Shown piece by piece: positions 1 to 9,515 of a DNA stretch of 64,000 bases. Position 1 is the first letter of the stretch. Each line of letters opens with the position of its first letter. The notes beneath the pieces are model-generated. The model saw only the letters and a list, made by a program, of their open reading frames with translations. It was not told where the DNA came from and did not search any database. The translations under genes and the position numbers were made by a program. Source of the stretch: Cyanobacteria bacterium auto_48_18 (GTDB lineage Bacteria > Cyanobacteriota > Vampirovibrionia > Obscuribacterales > Obscuribacteraceae); contig JAVHQC010000033.1 in the NCBI GenBank assembly GCA_036170915.1, positions 224,001-288,000 of the forward strand. Direction: 5' to 3'.

Positions 1-735
1 GCTTAGGCCAGTGTGAGTAAACAAAATATTTTCTCTAAAGCTGGCTTTTTTGCATGAGACCACAGTATCTAAACTGAGTCCAGATAGATCGGTAAAGCGT
101 GCCAGATCAGAATCTCCCCAACTAAAACCATCGAGTGCCGGAGCGGTGGGCACAATTTTTAGACCAAACTGTCGGGCAATTTCGTAACCAAATCCGGTGG
201 CACCAATTTGGGGAATGGAAAGACCACCCGAAGCGATTACCAGTGATTCGCAGGTGAAGTGGCCTGACGAAGTGTCGATGTTATAACGCTTGTCTTTGTG
301 GCCCTGTTCATATGGACCAATCGAATTAATTGTAGTGTTCATCAAAAATCTACAGTCGCCTTCATCGCATTCTTTTATAAGCATGTCGACTATTTCTTCG
401 GCTGAATGATCGCAGAATAATTGCCCAAGCTTTTTTTCGTGATAGCGGATGCGGTGCTTTTCTACAAGCTTGATAAAATCGCCCGGCGTATAGCGAGAAA
501 GGGCCGATTTAGCAAAATGCGGATTTTTACTGACAAAACATTCTGGTCTGGCACCCACATTGGTAAAGTTGCAGCGGCCGCCACCTGATATGAGAATCTT
601 GCGGCCGATTTTTTCGCTATGGTCGATAAGCAATACGCTGCGGCCGAGTTTACCCGCAACGCTGCCGCACATCATGCCCGCGCCACCGGCGCCGATGATG
701 ACCACGTCATAATGTTGTGAATTCTTAGCTGTCAA
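1..735 (-). CDS. HI0933/YhiN (BaiN-like) FAD-dependent oxidoreductase, 3' end runs off the window
   Basis: Manual translation from TTG at 735 gives MTAKNSQHYDVVIIGAGGAGMMCG...KIGRKILISGGGRCNFTN, i.e. GxGxxG plus the HI0933 signature GRKxxxSGGGRCNxTN. Absent from the ORF track because no stop lies within the window. Confidence 0.93.
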   Translation of the reverse strand, partial: MTAKNSQHYDVVIIGAGGAGMMCGSVAGKLGRSVLLIDHSEKIGRKILISGGGRCNFTNVGARPECFVSKNPHFAKSALSRYTPGDFIKLVEKHRIRYHEKKLGQLFCDHSAEEIVDMLIKECDEGDCRFLMNTTINSIGPYEQGHKDKRYNIDTSSGHFTCESLVIASGGLSIPQIGATGFGYEIARQFGLKIVPTAPALDGFSWGDSDLARFTDLSGLSLDTVVSCKKASFRENILFTHTGLS

Positions 736-783
736 TTATTTACCATATGCTTTCTGCCGCCGCTTCGGTTAATATTCTAGGCT

Positions 784-1173
784 ATGAACAACTTAAACAC
801 CGAATTTCAAGGAGCCGAGCTCAAAGCGGCAGAGAGTTCTTTGCACAGCTTTGGCCTCACTTTCGCTAACGGCAAAGGCCTTTTGCTCAATGCCACTTTA
901 GAGGAAGGCGACAGTGCAATGAATTTGGCAGATGAACTGACAATTGCCACCGAAGTTAAACCAGCTGAGGCCATGCCCAAATTGGCTGAAGCCGTTTGCT
1001 CAGTAGATTGGAGTTGGATTTACGGCTCAAAGTTTGTCTCGATTACAAAACAAACGGGGCCACGCGGAGCCGCCGTGGTAATCAAACTTGATCCTATTGG
1101 CCCAATCACAGTCAGTGTGGGCGCCTGGGAGGGCAAACCGTTTCTTTCCTTTATGCCTTACAAAAAGCCCTGA
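784..1173 (+). CDS. hypothetical protein
   Basis: 129-aa ORF with globular-looking composition filling the gap between flanking genes. Confidence 0.7.
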   Translation: MNNLNTEFQGAELKAAESSLHSFGLTFANGKGLLLNATLEEGDSAMNLADELTIATEVKPAEAMPKLAEAVCSVDWSWIYGSKFVSITKQTGPRGAAVVIKLDPIGPITVSVGAWEGKPFLSFMPYKKP

Positions 1174-1179
1174 TCTAAA

Positions 1180-1959
1180 TTAGGGCAGCAAATTGGTTAA
1201 TCCCTTAGCCGTCAAATATTGGATGAACAGCTCTTTCAAATCCTTTCCGTCTTTGCTATCTACGTCGGCATAAGCTTTAGAGCGTTTGATGCGCGCCTCA
1301 TTGTCTTGTTGATAAACGGCAGTGCCATCAGAGTCGAAAGTTTTGGTGGAGGCAGAGAGCTTTATAACGCCGTCCTGCACGGGCTTATAGCCGGTAATGC
1401 TTTCTTGTTGGAAAGATTGTGCCACGCGGCCGCTTAAATTGCTGACCCGCACCACAGTAACCACACTGCGAAACTGCACTTGTTTTTCATTGGCCACTAA
1501 AAAGTCTTTCTCTTTCACTTCATGAAAGTCTTGAGTGGTGGCCATGCGAGTTTTGGAAGTGTAAGGCACACCGATATAGTGCCAGATGTTGCCCTGACGG
1601 TCTTTCTGATTGCCGTAAGTAAATTCTTGAGTGGTCATAAAAGTCATAGGGTGGCGGTCAACTTGACCGGTTTTGAAATCGTGGCGCAGTACGGCCGTCT
1701 CTTCATGCACAATCCACGTGCCTGCAAGCCACTGTGGTATCTGCACCCAGTTATTGGCAGGCTCGAAATCATTGACTCCGACGCGATATTTTGCCCCTTT
1801 GCGCGCCGCACTTTCTACTTTTGGCAAAGCTTCCTGGTGCTCAATTTTGCCTTCAATGGTGTAGGCAAGGGCTGAAAGAGTTAGTAAATCAGACGACATG
1901 ACTAAAATCTGCAATGCGGCCAGCAGATAGAAAGAAATTTTTGAAAGCCTATTAAGCAA
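1180..1959 (-). CDS. secreted hypothetical protein, paralogue family with 46058-46879 and 51627-52421
   Basis: Likely TTG start at 1959 (the ORF track extends to 2031) followed by a signal-like segment. Shared motifs WxxIPxWLAGxW, GxQxDxxGxIWH and terminal FxxYLxxxGxxxLLP. Confidence 0.75.
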   Translation of the reverse strand: MLNRLSKISFYLLAALQILVMSSDLLTLSALAYTIEGKIEHQEALPKVESAARKGAKYRVGVNDFEPANNWVQIPQWLAGTWIVHEETAVLRHDFKTGQVDRHPMTFMTTQEFTYGNQKDRQGNIWHYIGVPYTSKTRMATTQDFHEVKEKDFLVANEKQVQFRSVVTVVRVSNLSGRVAQSFQQESITGYKPVQDGVIKLSASTKTFDSDGTAVYQQDNEARIKRSKAYADVDSKDGKDLKELFIQYLTAKGLTNLLP

Positions 1960-1961
1960 GT

Positions 1962-2162
1962 CTATGCCCCAGCTGCCTTGGCTTTGAGCCTTTTTTTCAA
2001 TTGCGCGATAGAAAATGGATAAGGACACCATCCGGCTCCGTCAACCGGGCAACTGGCCAGGGGGTCGGCCTGTTTGGCTTTTTTGCTAGTTTTGCGGTTT
2101 GGGCTTGGTTTGCTAGTTGCCGTTGTTCGTTTGCTGGCTGTTTCTGAAGCTTTGCTTTTCAT
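1962..2162 (-). CDS. small basic hypothetical protein (66 aa) with CPVDGAGWCPYPF core
   Basis: ATG with upstream AAGAGG. The stop lies 2 nt before the TTG of the next gene, and the ORF fills otherwise empty space. Confidence 0.6.
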   Translation of the reverse strand: MKSKASETASKRTTATSKPSPNRKTSKKAKQADPLASCPVDGAGWCPYPFSIAQLKKRLKAKAAGA

Positions 2163-2253
2163 CTGTCGTCGCCTCTTACTGCTCCCAATTACTGTTCTAC
2201 CACTAATAGGCTACTATTGTGCGTTGCTATTCGGTTCTCACGAGGCTTAATCT

Positions 2254-3813
2254 ATGTCAGAGCAGTCAGGCGCGCCATCTTCGAATGTTGATGCGGGTCA
2301 TTTGCTGATTGAGCATAATGATGGAAGAGTGGAGCTGGCCGATGACAGTTTGATTAAAACCAGCCCGTTTTACAATCATGACCTGGCGCCGGTAAAAGTT
2401 GCCGCGCGCAACTGGTCGACCTATAACTACGTGGCTCTCTGGTTCGCCATGTCCGCTTGTATTCCGACCTATATGATGTCGTCTGGGCTAATTGCATCCG
2501 GTATGAATGCCGGTCAGGCAATTTTTACTATCTTGCTCGGCAACACCATTGTGCTCGTGCCAATATTGCTCAACTCACACCCTGGCACCAAATACGGTAT
2601 TCCCTTTCCCGTATTTGCCCGTGCTGCATACGGCACCATGGGTTCTAATCTTCCCGCTTTGATGCGCGCTCTGGTCGCTTGTGGATGGTTCGGCATTCAA
2701 GCCTGGATTGGTGGTCAAGCTTTCGACACCATGTTCAATGCTTTATGCACTGCCATTAGTGGTGGTGCTGTGAACTGGCATACTTTGTTGGGTGGGCCAT
2801 ACTTTGACTACACAGGTACCGAGTGGCTGTCATTCTTACTCTTCTGGTGCCTCAACATTTTAATTGTTTTTCGCGGCATGGATGTATTGAAAAAAGTAGA
2901 AAGCCTGGCCGCTCCATTTGTACTGGTGATGACTTTCGCCTTGCTTTGCTGGTCGGTGAGCCGTGCACACGGCATAGGCGATCTCTTGCATGAGAAAAGC
3001 AAGTTTGCCACCATGGCAGATTTTTGGAAAGTATTTATTCCATCGCTCACAGCCATGATCGGATTTTGGGCCACGCTTTCGCTCAACATGCCTGACTTTA
3101 CTCGCTTTGGTCGCTCGCAAAAAGAACAGACAACAGGCCAGATTATTGCTTTGCCCACTGCCATGGCGATTTTTTCTTCTATGGGAGTGGTAATCACATC
3201 TGCCGCTGTGGCGATTTTTCCCGCTGTGGCCATGGATCAGCTCTGGGACCCGGTTAAGCTTATCGGCCGCCTTGGCCAAGACCAGCCTTTTGTGGTAGCT
3301 ATCGCCATGTTCACTGTGGCCCTGGCAACACTATCAGTGAACGTGGCAGCCAATGTTGTGTCGCCAGCCAATGATTTTGCTAACGCTTTTCCGCGGTTGA
3401 TTACATTCAAAATGGGTGGGTTGATTACTGGCCTGGTGGGTCTATTGATGCAGCCCTGGCGCTTAATTGCCGACCCCAGTGGTTACATTTTTGTCTGGTT
3501 GCAGGGATATTCTGGTGGCCTTGGCTCTATTGCCGGAGTATTGATTGCCGATTACTGGATTATTCGCAAAACCAAACTTGATTTAGCCGATCTTTATTTG
3601 ACTGATGGATCTTACACATATACATCTGGATGGAATTTCAAAGCTGTAGTGGCCACGATTGTTGGTTGCGCCTGCGCCTGGATTGGGGCAGTGCTTCCGG
3701 CATTCAAGGCTTTGTACGATTACGGCTGGTTTGTCGGCTTCTTCACGTCGCTTGTGGTATACGTTGCATTGATGAGCCTGGGCAAAAAGGTGCGCCTTGC
3801 ATCGCTTCGTTGA
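2254..3813 (+). CDS. NCS1 family nucleobase:cation symporter (allantoin/uracil/hydantoin-type permease)
   Basis: About 12 TM helices. Motifs RNWSTYNY, GTKYGIPFPVFARAAYG, WFGIQAWIGG, FWATLSLNMPDFTRF, NVAANVVSPANDF. Confidence 0.93.
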   Translation: MSEQSGAPSSNVDAGHLLIEHNDGRVELADDSLIKTSPFYNHDLAPVKVAARNWSTYNYVALWFAMSACIPTYMMSSGLIASGMNAGQAIFTILLGNTIVLVPILLNSHPGTKYGIPFPVFARAAYGTMGSNLPALMRALVACGWFGIQAWIGGQAFDTMFNALCTAISGGAVNWHTLLGGPYFDYTGTEWLSFLLFWCLNILIVFRGMDVLKKVESLAAPFVLVMTFALLCWSVSRAHGIGDLLHEKSKFATMADFWKVFIPSLTAMIGFWATLSLNMPDFTRFGRSQKEQTTGQIIALPTAMAIFSSMGVVITSAAVAIFPAVAMDQLWDPVKLIGRLGQDQPFVVAIAMFTVALATLSVNVAANVVSPANDFANAFPRLITFKMGGLITGLVGLLMQPWRLIADPSGYIFVWLQGYSGGLGSIAGVLIADYWIIRKTKLDLADLYLTDGSYTYTSGWNFKAVVATIVGCACAWIGAVLPAFKALYDYGWFVGFFTSLVVYVALMSLGKKVRLASLR

Positions 3814-3927
3814 GTCTAGTCCAAACTCTAATGCTTCACCAGGCACGAACAGTCAATAAACTGTTTTCTGGCTTCTTTTGTGGCCCGGCATTGGCGATAA
3901 CCTGATGATATGCAATCAGGAGGCTGT

Positions 3928-4689
3928 ATGTCATCAAAACAAAATTCTCTGCGGCTTTTGCAAGCGGCAATGAAAGATCGCAAAGATCCAATTTCATTTT
4001 TCATACTTTCAATATTGACCAAACTGGTACTTGCACTTCGCTTTAAGCGTGTCGTACTAGTCGGTCATGAAAATTTACCAGCTAGTGGTGCCTACATTTG
4101 TATTGCCAATCACACTTCCCGTTGGGACGGCCCAACACTTGGCACCGTTGTCAATCGTCCGGCCAACTTCATGGTGTCGCCTAACGAACTTACTGGACTG
4201 CAAGGATTTCTCTTGAGAAAAGTTGGTGCATTTCCAGCTCATCCTAAGCTCGATTTTGTCAGTCATGTGCTTGGGCAATTTAAGAAAGGTGAGCCCCTGG
4301 TAATTTTTCCTGAAGGTAATGTTTTTTATGACGGCCACACTCACCCTTTTAAGAAAGGAATCGCTCGTATTGCCTTTTCAGCTCATCAGCAAAATCTAGA
4401 CGTGCCCATTATTCCTACCGCAATTAGATATCAAAATGGCCAGGCATTTTTTAAATTTGGTACCGCCATTTCAGTAGGCGAATATATTGGCGAATTGGCA
4501 GTCAATGCTGCGGCGGCCAGTAAACGGTTAACTCAATCACTGCACCGCGAGGTCTGTCTCTTGAGTTCTGAACTGGGGTGCCAGGCTGATGGTCGCCAGC
4601 TCGTTAAAGAAGAGTCGAACAATTGTCACTTTTTTCAACCGCATGCCACTGAATGTGATGCAAGCAAGCACACGGTGAGCGTTTCGTAG
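3928..4689 (+). CDS. plsC: 1-acyl-sn-glycerol-3-phosphate acyltransferase (PlsC/LPLAT family)
   Basis: NHTSRWD (HX4D) and IFPEG motifs, PFKKG. AGGAGG precedes ATG 3928; the ORF track starts at 3910. Confidence 0.85.
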   Translation: MSSKQNSLRLLQAAMKDRKDPISFFILSILTKLVLALRFKRVVLVGHENLPASGAYICIANHTSRWDGPTLGTVVNRPANFMVSPNELTGLQGFLLRKVGAFPAHPKLDFVSHVLGQFKKGEPLVIFPEGNVFYDGHTHPFKKGIARIAFSAHQQNLDVPIIPTAIRYQNGQAFFKFGTAISVGEYIGELAVNAAAASKRLTQSLHREVCLLSSELGCQADGRQLVKEESNNCHFFQPHATECDASKHTVSVS

Positions 4690-4752
4690 GCTGTTTGTAA
4701 ATTGCTGGTGGGGCTGTAATAATGCTAAAGCTTCTCCGTATTTGGAATTAAA

Positions 4753-5562
4753 ATGGCTTTTGAATTATTGCCCAATGCCCACGGCAGCTCGCCCAGCGAG
4801 TTTGTGGCTTTCTTTCCTGATAATTTTGAGGCAATTGAAAATCCACCGCTCTTAGTGTTTCTACATGGTTCAGCGGAGCGTGGTACAGATCCGGGATTAG
4901 TGCTCAAGGGTCTCGATACGGTTTTTCAAGATTTGCAACTACCTGCCCTGGTGATTTTTCCGCAATGTGATTCGCATCATCGCGCTTTTTACGGCGCCAT
5001 GGACAATCGGGTGATGCAGGCTATAAACCAAGTCATTTCTGAGTACGCAGTTGACCCGAGCCGAGTTTACCTGGTGGGCTATTCAATGGGCGGCTCTAGC
5101 AATCTCTGGATGGCCGCTAAACACCCAGGGGCTTTTGCCGGCAATGTTTGTATTGCGCCAGGCATTACTTGGCTTGGCGCGGAACTTCCACCTGGATTGC
5201 CTGATGAAGACAAAGAACTATTCGAAACTATGTTTCTTGCCCCAGATAGGCCCGACGCCATAGCTAGGCGACTGGCTAGCCTGCCGAGCTGGTTTTTGCA
5301 AGGCACAGAAGATTTGCCTTGCCCGATTGACGAAACGCGCGCCGTTGTGAATGGTCTGCGTAAACTTGGCTACACTCCAATTGAAACCGAATATGATGGC
5401 ATGGGACATGACACACTGATCATGGCTTTGCAAGAAGAAGGGCTATTCGACTGGTTATTGAGTCAGAGAAGCAATGCTGTCGCCAGCGATTTTGGTGTTG
5501 GTGTTAGCCATGGTTCTGGTCACAATTCTGATCATGGAACTGGAGAAGACGGTCATGTCTGA
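4753..5562 (+). CDS. alpha/beta hydrolase (predicted peptidase/esterase)
   Basis: VFLHGSAERG, PQC, nucleophile elbow GYSMGG, acid QGTED, His in GMGHD. Confidence 0.85.
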   Translation: MAFELLPNAHGSSPSEFVAFFPDNFEAIENPPLLVFLHGSAERGTDPGLVLKGLDTVFQDLQLPALVIFPQCDSHHRAFYGAMDNRVMQAINQVISEYAVDPSRVYLVGYSMGGSSNLWMAAKHPGAFAGNVCIAPGITWLGAELPPGLPDEDKELFETMFLAPDRPDAIARRLASLPSWFLQGTEDLPCPIDETRAVVNGLRKLGYTPIETEYDGMGHDTLIMALQEEGLFDWLLSQRSNAVASDFGVGVSHGSGHNSDHGTGEDGHV

Positions 5563-7969
5563 TTTTGAAAAGTTAGGCGTTTTCTATCTTGGTCGAAAGT
5601 TTGACTTAAACAAAGATGATAGCCAGCAAAGCAATACAGAACTGGTGCTCTATGACGCCAAAGACCTGGTCACGCACGCAGTTTGTATTGGTATGACCGG
5701 TAGTGGCAAGACCGGCCTCTGCCTTGGCTTGTTAGAGGAAGCTGCTATCGATGGCATTCCTGTTATTGCCATAGATCCAAAAGGAGATATCGGCAATCTA
5801 CTGCTTACTTTTCCACAATTGCGCGGAGAAGATTTCTTGCCCTGGGTCGACGCTGATGCGGCTAAAAGAAACGCTCAGAGCGTTGAAGAATATGCCACTA
5901 CTCAAGCAAAACTTTGGCACGATGGTCTGGCAAAAAGTGGGCAAGACGGCGAGCGCATAAGCCGATTGAAGGCAAGTTGTGATTTCAATATTTATACTCC
6001 TGGTGCTAGTTCTGGCTTGCCTGTATCAATTCTCAACTCTTTGAAGAAGCCAGACGAAACCATTGCTGAAGATCCTGATTTACTGCGTGAAAAAATTCTT
6101 GCTGCTACAACTTGCATACTTACTTTAGTTGGAATAACCGGCGACCCCTTGCGCAGTCGCGAGCATATTCTCATTGCCACCATTATTGCCGACTGCTGGA
6201 AAAATGGAAGAGATGTGGATTTGTTAGATATGGTCCACTTGATTCAGAAGCCACCAATGAAGCGAGTTGGAGCGCTTGATTTAGAGTCGTTTTATTCGGC
6301 CAAAGAGCGATTTGACCTTTCAATTTCAATCAACAATATTTTTGCCGCACCAGCTTTTGATGCCTGGCTTACCGGAGAACCGCTAGATATCGGCAGCTTT
6401 CTCTGGAACAAAGAAGGCAAACCTAAAGTTTCTATATTTTCAATCGCCCATTTGGGCGACACCGAGAGAATGTTTTTTGTCACCCTACTTTTAAATCAGA
6501 TTTTGGAATGGATGCGCAGTCAATCGGGCACCACCAGTCTGCGTGCGATTTTATACATGGACGAGATATTTGGCTACTTCCCTCCTGTAGCTAATCCGCC
6601 GACGAAAACTCCACTATTGACTCTGCTCAAGCAAGCCCGCGCTTTTGGATTAGGACTGGTACTAGCCACGCAAAACCCTGTGGACCTTGATTACAAAGGT
6701 TTGTCTAATGCTGGTACCTGGTTTATCGGCAGATTGCAAACCGAGCGCGATAAGATGCGGGTAATTGAAGGTCTGCAAAGCGCCTCGCAAGAAGCGGGCG
6801 GCAAGCTCGACGGCAACTCACTTTCAGACGTGCTCGGACGGCTTGGCAATCGTGTCTTTCTCATGAACAATGTACACGAAGACGGCCCTGTCACATTTAA
6901 GACCAGGTATACAATGTCTTACTTGCGCGGGCCGCTCAACCGCAAACAAATAAAAACATTGATGGATCCGATTAAAAAGGCTGTGGCGGCTGAAGTTGAT
7001 AGCAAGGCTGAAACCAAAGCTGCACCAGCAGTAAGTGCTGCTGTCAAATCGTCGCGACCGCCAGTGGTGCCCCCAGAAATTCCGCAATTTTTCATTCCGG
7101 CTGATGTGGCATCGTTTGGTAATCCGCCAGACAAAGTCTACATGCCGTTTTTGTTAGCCTCAGCATCCATCCGTTATGTCGATTCTGGTGCAGAACTTGA
7201 CCATACGGTGGACAAAACTTATTTGATACCAGTAACTGATAATTCAATTCCGGCCGACTGGTCGAAAGCAAAGTCTATAAAGGTAGACATTGCAAAATTG
7301 CCCACATCAGGCGATTCAACTTTCAGATTTGAAGAGCCTGCCTCAGCTTTGACCAAACCTGCTAACTTCAAAATCTGGAACAAAGAGTTCGCAACCTGGC
7401 TTGCCGCCAGCGTGCCCTGCAAAATACTGTCTAGCCCAGCCACTGACGTGACCAGCAAGCCAAATGAAATAGAGCGTGACTTTCGCATTCGCTTGCAACA
7501 ACGTGCTTTTGAAAAACGTGATGAAGCAGTGACAAAGTTGCGTGAAAAATACAACGTACGCATCAAGGCTCTGCAAGAAAGGCTTCGTATAGCCGAGCAA
7601 AAAGTGGCGGCCAAACATGCAGAAGCAAGACAGCACGAACTTAACTCAGCCCTGGCTATTGGCAGTACCGTTCTTGGTGCCTTTATGGGTCGCAAGGCGG
7701 TAAGTACCTCGACCATTAATAAGGCGGCTAGTGCAGCACGCACAATGGGCAGAGCCGCTAAACAAAAAGAAGATGTGGGTCGAGCTGAAGATAATGTGGC
7801 TAATTTAAATGAGCAATTGCAGAGTTTAAGTGCCGAGTTTCAAATTGAGACGCAAGCGATTGCAGCAAAGTTTGATCCGCTCAATGAGAAGCTTGAGATT
7901 GTCTCTGTGCCTGCGAAGAAGACTAATATTGCGGTGAAGTTATTGGGGCTGGCCTGGGTGGTTAGCTGA
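5555..7969 (+). CDS. HerA/FtsK-superfamily (DUF87-like) ATPase with C-terminal coiled coil
   Basis: Walker A GMTGSGKT, IDPKGD, Walker B ILYMDEIFG, ARAFGLGLVLATQNPVDLDYK. Probable start ATG 5555 has a GGAGAAG RBS and overlaps the upstream stop by 8 nt. Confidence 0.88.
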   Translation: MSDFEKLGVFYLGRKFDLNKDDSQQSNTELVLYDAKDLVTHAVCIGMTGSGKTGLCLGLLEEAAIDGIPVIAIDPKGDIGNLLLTFPQLRGEDFLPWVDADAAKRNAQSVEEYATTQAKLWHDGLAKSGQDGERISRLKASCDFNIYTPGASSGLPVSILNSLKKPDETIAEDPDLLREKILAATTCILTLVGITGDPLRSREHILIATIIADCWKNGRDVDLLDMVHLIQKPPMKRVGALDLESFYSAKERFDLSISINNIFAAPAFDAWLTGEPLDIGSFLWNKEGKPKVSIFSIAHLGDTERMFFVTLLLNQILEWMRSQSGTTSLRAILYMDEIFGYFPPVANPPTKTPLLTLLKQARAFGLGLVLATQNPVDLDYKGLSNAGTWFIGRLQTERDKMRVIEGLQSASQEAGGKLDGNSLSDVLGRLGNRVFLMNNVHEDGPVTFKTRYTMSYLRGPLNRKQIKTLMDPIKKAVAAEVDSKAETKAAPAVSAAVKSSRPPVVPPEIPQFFIPADVASFGNPPDKVYMPFLLASASIRYVDSGAELDHTVDKTYLIPVTDNSIPADWSKAKSIKVDIAKLPTSGDSTFRFEEPASALTKPANFKIWNKEFATWLAASVPCKILSSPATDVTSKPNEIERDFRIRLQQRAFEKRDEAVTKLREKYNVRIKALQERLRIAEQKVAAKHAEARQHELNSALAIGSTVLGAFMGRKAVSTSTINKAASAARTMGRAAKQKEDVGRAEDNVANLNEQLQSLSAEFQIETQAIAAKFDPLNEKLEIVSVPAKKTNIAVKLLGLAWVVS

Positions 7970-8049
7970 AGCACAGAAACATACTCGGAACCCGGGCGTC
8001 TTAATTCTTATCGTTAATTTGCAGTCTATATAACCCGAGTGTAGCCACC

Positions 8050-8358
8050 ATGTCAAAGATATCCGCTCCCATAAAAACATGCATTTCTGCCGCTTCGATA
8101 ATGGTTAAACTTGGTGAAAAAGCGCAAGCAGAGGCCTTGTATCGCGCCGCTTATGATGCTGCCAGACGAGGCTGTCCTAAGTCAGATCTCGGATTCGCCC
8201 TAAAAGCACTACTTAATTTCTGTCAGCGGGAGAACGGAATCGATGAGGCTGTTGTGATTGGTGGTCTAACACCCAAGCAGAAGGCAAAGCTACACGAACG
8301 TATCGGCACTTGTAGAGATTCAAGTCTTGAGTCGTCGGATGATAAATTGGCTGCTTAA
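8050..8358 (+). CDS. hypothetical protein (single TPR-like helix pair)
   Basis: 102-aa ORF; AQAEALYRAAYDAA resembles a TPR helix. Confidence 0.55.
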   Translation: MSKISAPIKTCISAASIMVKLGEKAQAEALYRAAYDAARRGCPKSDLGFALKALLNFCQRENGIDEAVVIGGLTPKQKAKLHERIGTCRDSSLESSDDKLAA

Positions 8359-8457
8359 AATTGGCGGTGATTGCCAGTCTGCGTTGTTGCTGACGGCATG
8401 TGCGAAACTATAACGTATACGTTTTGTTTATCGAAAGGGATCGCAGGGTGTGAATGG

Positions 8458-8922
8458 ATGATTGATCGATGGGCGCAACTTACCGAGATTTTAGGCGTAA
8501 CACAACTTCCCAATATCGATCTTCTAAATGAACTGGCGCAAGCTCTGGGAGAAACGCCTAATATCGATTTTACTCATGATCGAATTTGGTTCTACGATTT
8601 TCCCAAGTCTGGCATTTCCTTCAGCTTTGATTCCAAATTAAATACATTCACTTCGCTGACTATTTTCGTATCTTTCGATTCTGAGCACAAGGCTGAGGTT
8701 GGACCTGGCGTACCATACTCCGGTAAGCTTCCCTTCGGAATCGAAAGGTCTGACTCAGCTGAAACACTCGAAGAAAAATTACCGGGTGGTACCAGGGCAG
8801 TGAAAGACTATCGATTTGATGTCGACTTGCGGCCTTTTGAAGTAACGTTCCATCTGAAGAAAATTAACGGCACCCAGGAAAAATTGATTTTGATTTCTGT
8901 GGATTATAGCGGCGGCACCTAA
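8458..8922 (+). CDS. hypothetical protein, possibly immunity-like
   Basis: Acidic and aromatic ORF with YSGKLPFGI...DS motif. ATG 8458 preferred over TTG 8371. Confidence 0.55.
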   Translation: MIDRWAQLTEILGVTQLPNIDLLNELAQALGETPNIDFTHDRIWFYDFPKSGISFSFDSKLNTFTSLTIFVSFDSEHKAEVGPGVPYSGKLPFGIERSDSAETLEEKLPGGTRAVKDYRFDVDLRPFEVTFHLKKINGTQEKLILISVDYSGGT

Positions 8923-9410
8923 CTTTGAGCCTCGGTCAATCCACGATGAAATGAAATCCCCTCTCGGCTTTCGAGCCCTAAGTGCTGTGTTTTAATTCGT
9001 GCAGGTAGTCGCCTCACATATTGCTTGAAACCAATCGAAGATAATCTGATTTCTCCCTGTGGGCAATCAATTAGCCAAGACCATTCCACGTCTTGTTGAA
9101 TATGTTTGAAGTTTATTGGTTTAACAGGATTGGTCCTTGTTAAATTCGTTATCTCAAGCCTGCAATCAGCCGATCCGATATCGAACTCTAAGGTGTGCAC
9201 GTTTTCAAAAACGAGTGTGCAAGGCGAAACATAAGAATCGTAGAAACCGTCGTTTCCTGTCGCAGTATCAAAGATATAGTCTATATCTAGCAGCAGCTCA
9301 GAAGTTTCAGGCAACATTGAGACTGCGTAAATTCGCCCATCATGCCAGCCCATCTGATCGTAGTCAGCATCCGTCCAAATAAGTTTATCGAGTTCGAAGG
9401 CGTCAGTCAT
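8919..9410 (-). CDS. conserved-looking hypothetical protein (WHD motif)
   Basis: WTDADYDQMGWHD...LLLDIDYIF...PCTLVFENV. Probable ATG 9410; convergent 4-nt overlap with the previous gene. Confidence 0.65.
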   Translation of the reverse strand: MTDAFELDKLIWTDADYDQMGWHDGRIYAVSMLPETSELLLDIDYIFDTATGNDGFYDSYVSPCTLVFENVHTLEFDIGSADCRLEITNLTRTNPVKPINFKHIQQDVEWSWLIDCPQGEIRLSSIGFKQYVRRLPARIKTQHLGLESREGISFHRGLTEAQS

Positions 9411-9515
9411 ATTTTGTGCAATCCCTGATGCAACTAGTCTTCCCTTCTTATTCACCAACTTAACCGTGCACGTTTCAGTTTTCAGAACAGACCACCGCAT
9501 GTATCAATGCTCTGT

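Noticed and set aside
462..659. 65-aa minus-strand ORF in the track
   Set aside because: Out-of-frame shadow inside the HI0933 gene (1-735).
5474..5554. Hydrophobic N-terminal extension that would give the ATPase a TM anchor
   Set aside because: It overlaps the upstream hydrolase tail, and ATG 5555 has an RBS and a typical coupled overlap. The extension is probably an artefact.
5555..9410. HerA-based anti-phage system
   Set aside because: No Sir2, NurA, nuclease or other recognisable defence effector is adjacent.
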